Shown here: positions 63,644 to 64,000 of the stretch, piece after piece | How the letters are laid out: each line of letters starts with the position of its first letter | Position numbering within the stretch: position 1 is the first letter of the stretch | IMG/VR virus record: IMGVR_UViG_3300005537_000001 | Span: 1-64,000 of that record | Strand: one strand, 5' to 3' | Length of the DNA stretch: 64,000 nt | Made by a program: the position numbers and the translations under genes | Notes under the pieces: model-generated | Database searches by the model: none | Told to the model about the DNA's origin: nothing | What the model saw: the letters and a program-made list of their open reading frames with translations, nothing else

Positions 63644-63911
63644 TTATACCGGTATTCGGGAAGTTGCAAAATATGAGCATGTCATTGTTAGAAAATGTCT
63701 TGGCGTGCTCATTACGCGGCGCGGGGAAAATGATCCGCATGTAGTTCTACAGCCCATCATCGAGGATGACAAAACTTGGCATACACCATCCGGTGGTTTC
63801 AGCAGTTTCTGGCTGCCAGAGTATATTGATGTGCTGAATGAAGCGCGAACGTGGATTCAAATGAACTGTGATTCAGATCCATCCGGATATGGTTGGAAAT
63901 TTAGGAGCTAA
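63624..63911 (+). CDS. Hypothetical protein
   Basis: Chain of overlapping ORFs. Confidence 0.5.
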   Translation: MQILQHDYTGIREVAKYEHVIVRKCLGVLITRRGENDPHVVLQPIIEDDKTWHTPSGGFSSFWLPEYIDVLNEARTWIQMNCDSDPSGYGWKFRS

Positions 63912-63912
63912 C

Positions 63913-64000
63913 ATGGGCATATCTTTGTTTGGTGGAAGTAGATGTTCGAGCAGTCCGTATGCCGTAGCCAATTCCAACCCGCGACCGGAAAATTTCAAGA
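63913..64000 (+). CDS. Hypothetical protein, 3' truncated
   Basis: SD AGGAG; frame open to the window end. Confidence 0.45.
   Translation, partial: MGISLFGGSRCSSSPYAVANSNPRPENFK

Noticed and set aside
1-64000. Minus-strand ORFs in the track (e.g. 41335-41943, 47327-48133, 20789-21349, 54019-54378)
   Set aside because: All lie antisense to well-supported + strand genes, lack an SD or promoter, and reflect codon bias (shadow ORFs).
1-64000. Alternative genetic code (stop reassignment), as seen in some large phages
   Set aside because: Conserved genes are full length and end in TAG (gp15-like, terL), TGA (clpS) and TAA, with no fragmentation.
1-64000. CRISPR array, tRNA or rRNA genes
   Set aside because: Intergenic gaps are at most about 245 nt. 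I saw no regularly spaced repeats or cloverleaf with a TTCGA T-loop.

Overview
A 64 kb segment of a large T4-related (Tevenvirinae-like gene set, jumbo-type) myovirus genome. Every credible gene is on the + strand and the code is standard (TAA, TAG and TGA all end conserved genes). Order: (1) 1-21.9 kb late module with neck gp13/gp14-like genes, gp15, sheath, tube, Ig-like proteins, two tandem gp4-like nucleases, a probable small terminase, a block of probable capsid-internal proteins including ClpS, and the large terminase; (2) 21.9-28.5 kb dense small early genes including an HD hydrolase and a PNK-like kinase; (3) 28.7-40 kb gp32, UvsX, UvsY, UvsW, NrdA/NrdB and glutaredoxin; (4) 40-49.9 kb tail fibres, a Gly-rich adhesin-like gene and a holin candidate; (5) 50-64 kb Acb1, Thg1, a UvrD-like helicase, dCMP deaminase, a DnaE fragment, GroES and the clamp loader. 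Three free-standing homing endonucleases are present. Two promoter classes recur: T4-late-like (A/T)TAAATA and T(G/T)TAC(T/A)-N17-TATAAT. I found no tRNA, rRNA or CRISPR array. Best leads: a set of proteins carrying T4-like capsid-targeting N-termini and xxE|A cleavage sites (a polyprotein, ClpS and a degenerate amidoligase); an Acb1-Thg1 operon under overlapping early and late promoters; a probable AUU start codon on the tail tube gene; a DnaE fragment that stops just before the catalytic aspartates; a chimeric 16-codon ORF marking a gene-cassette junction; and an ATTTAACATAAT box upstream of two early promoters. All family assignments come from motif recognition by eye, not from database searches.
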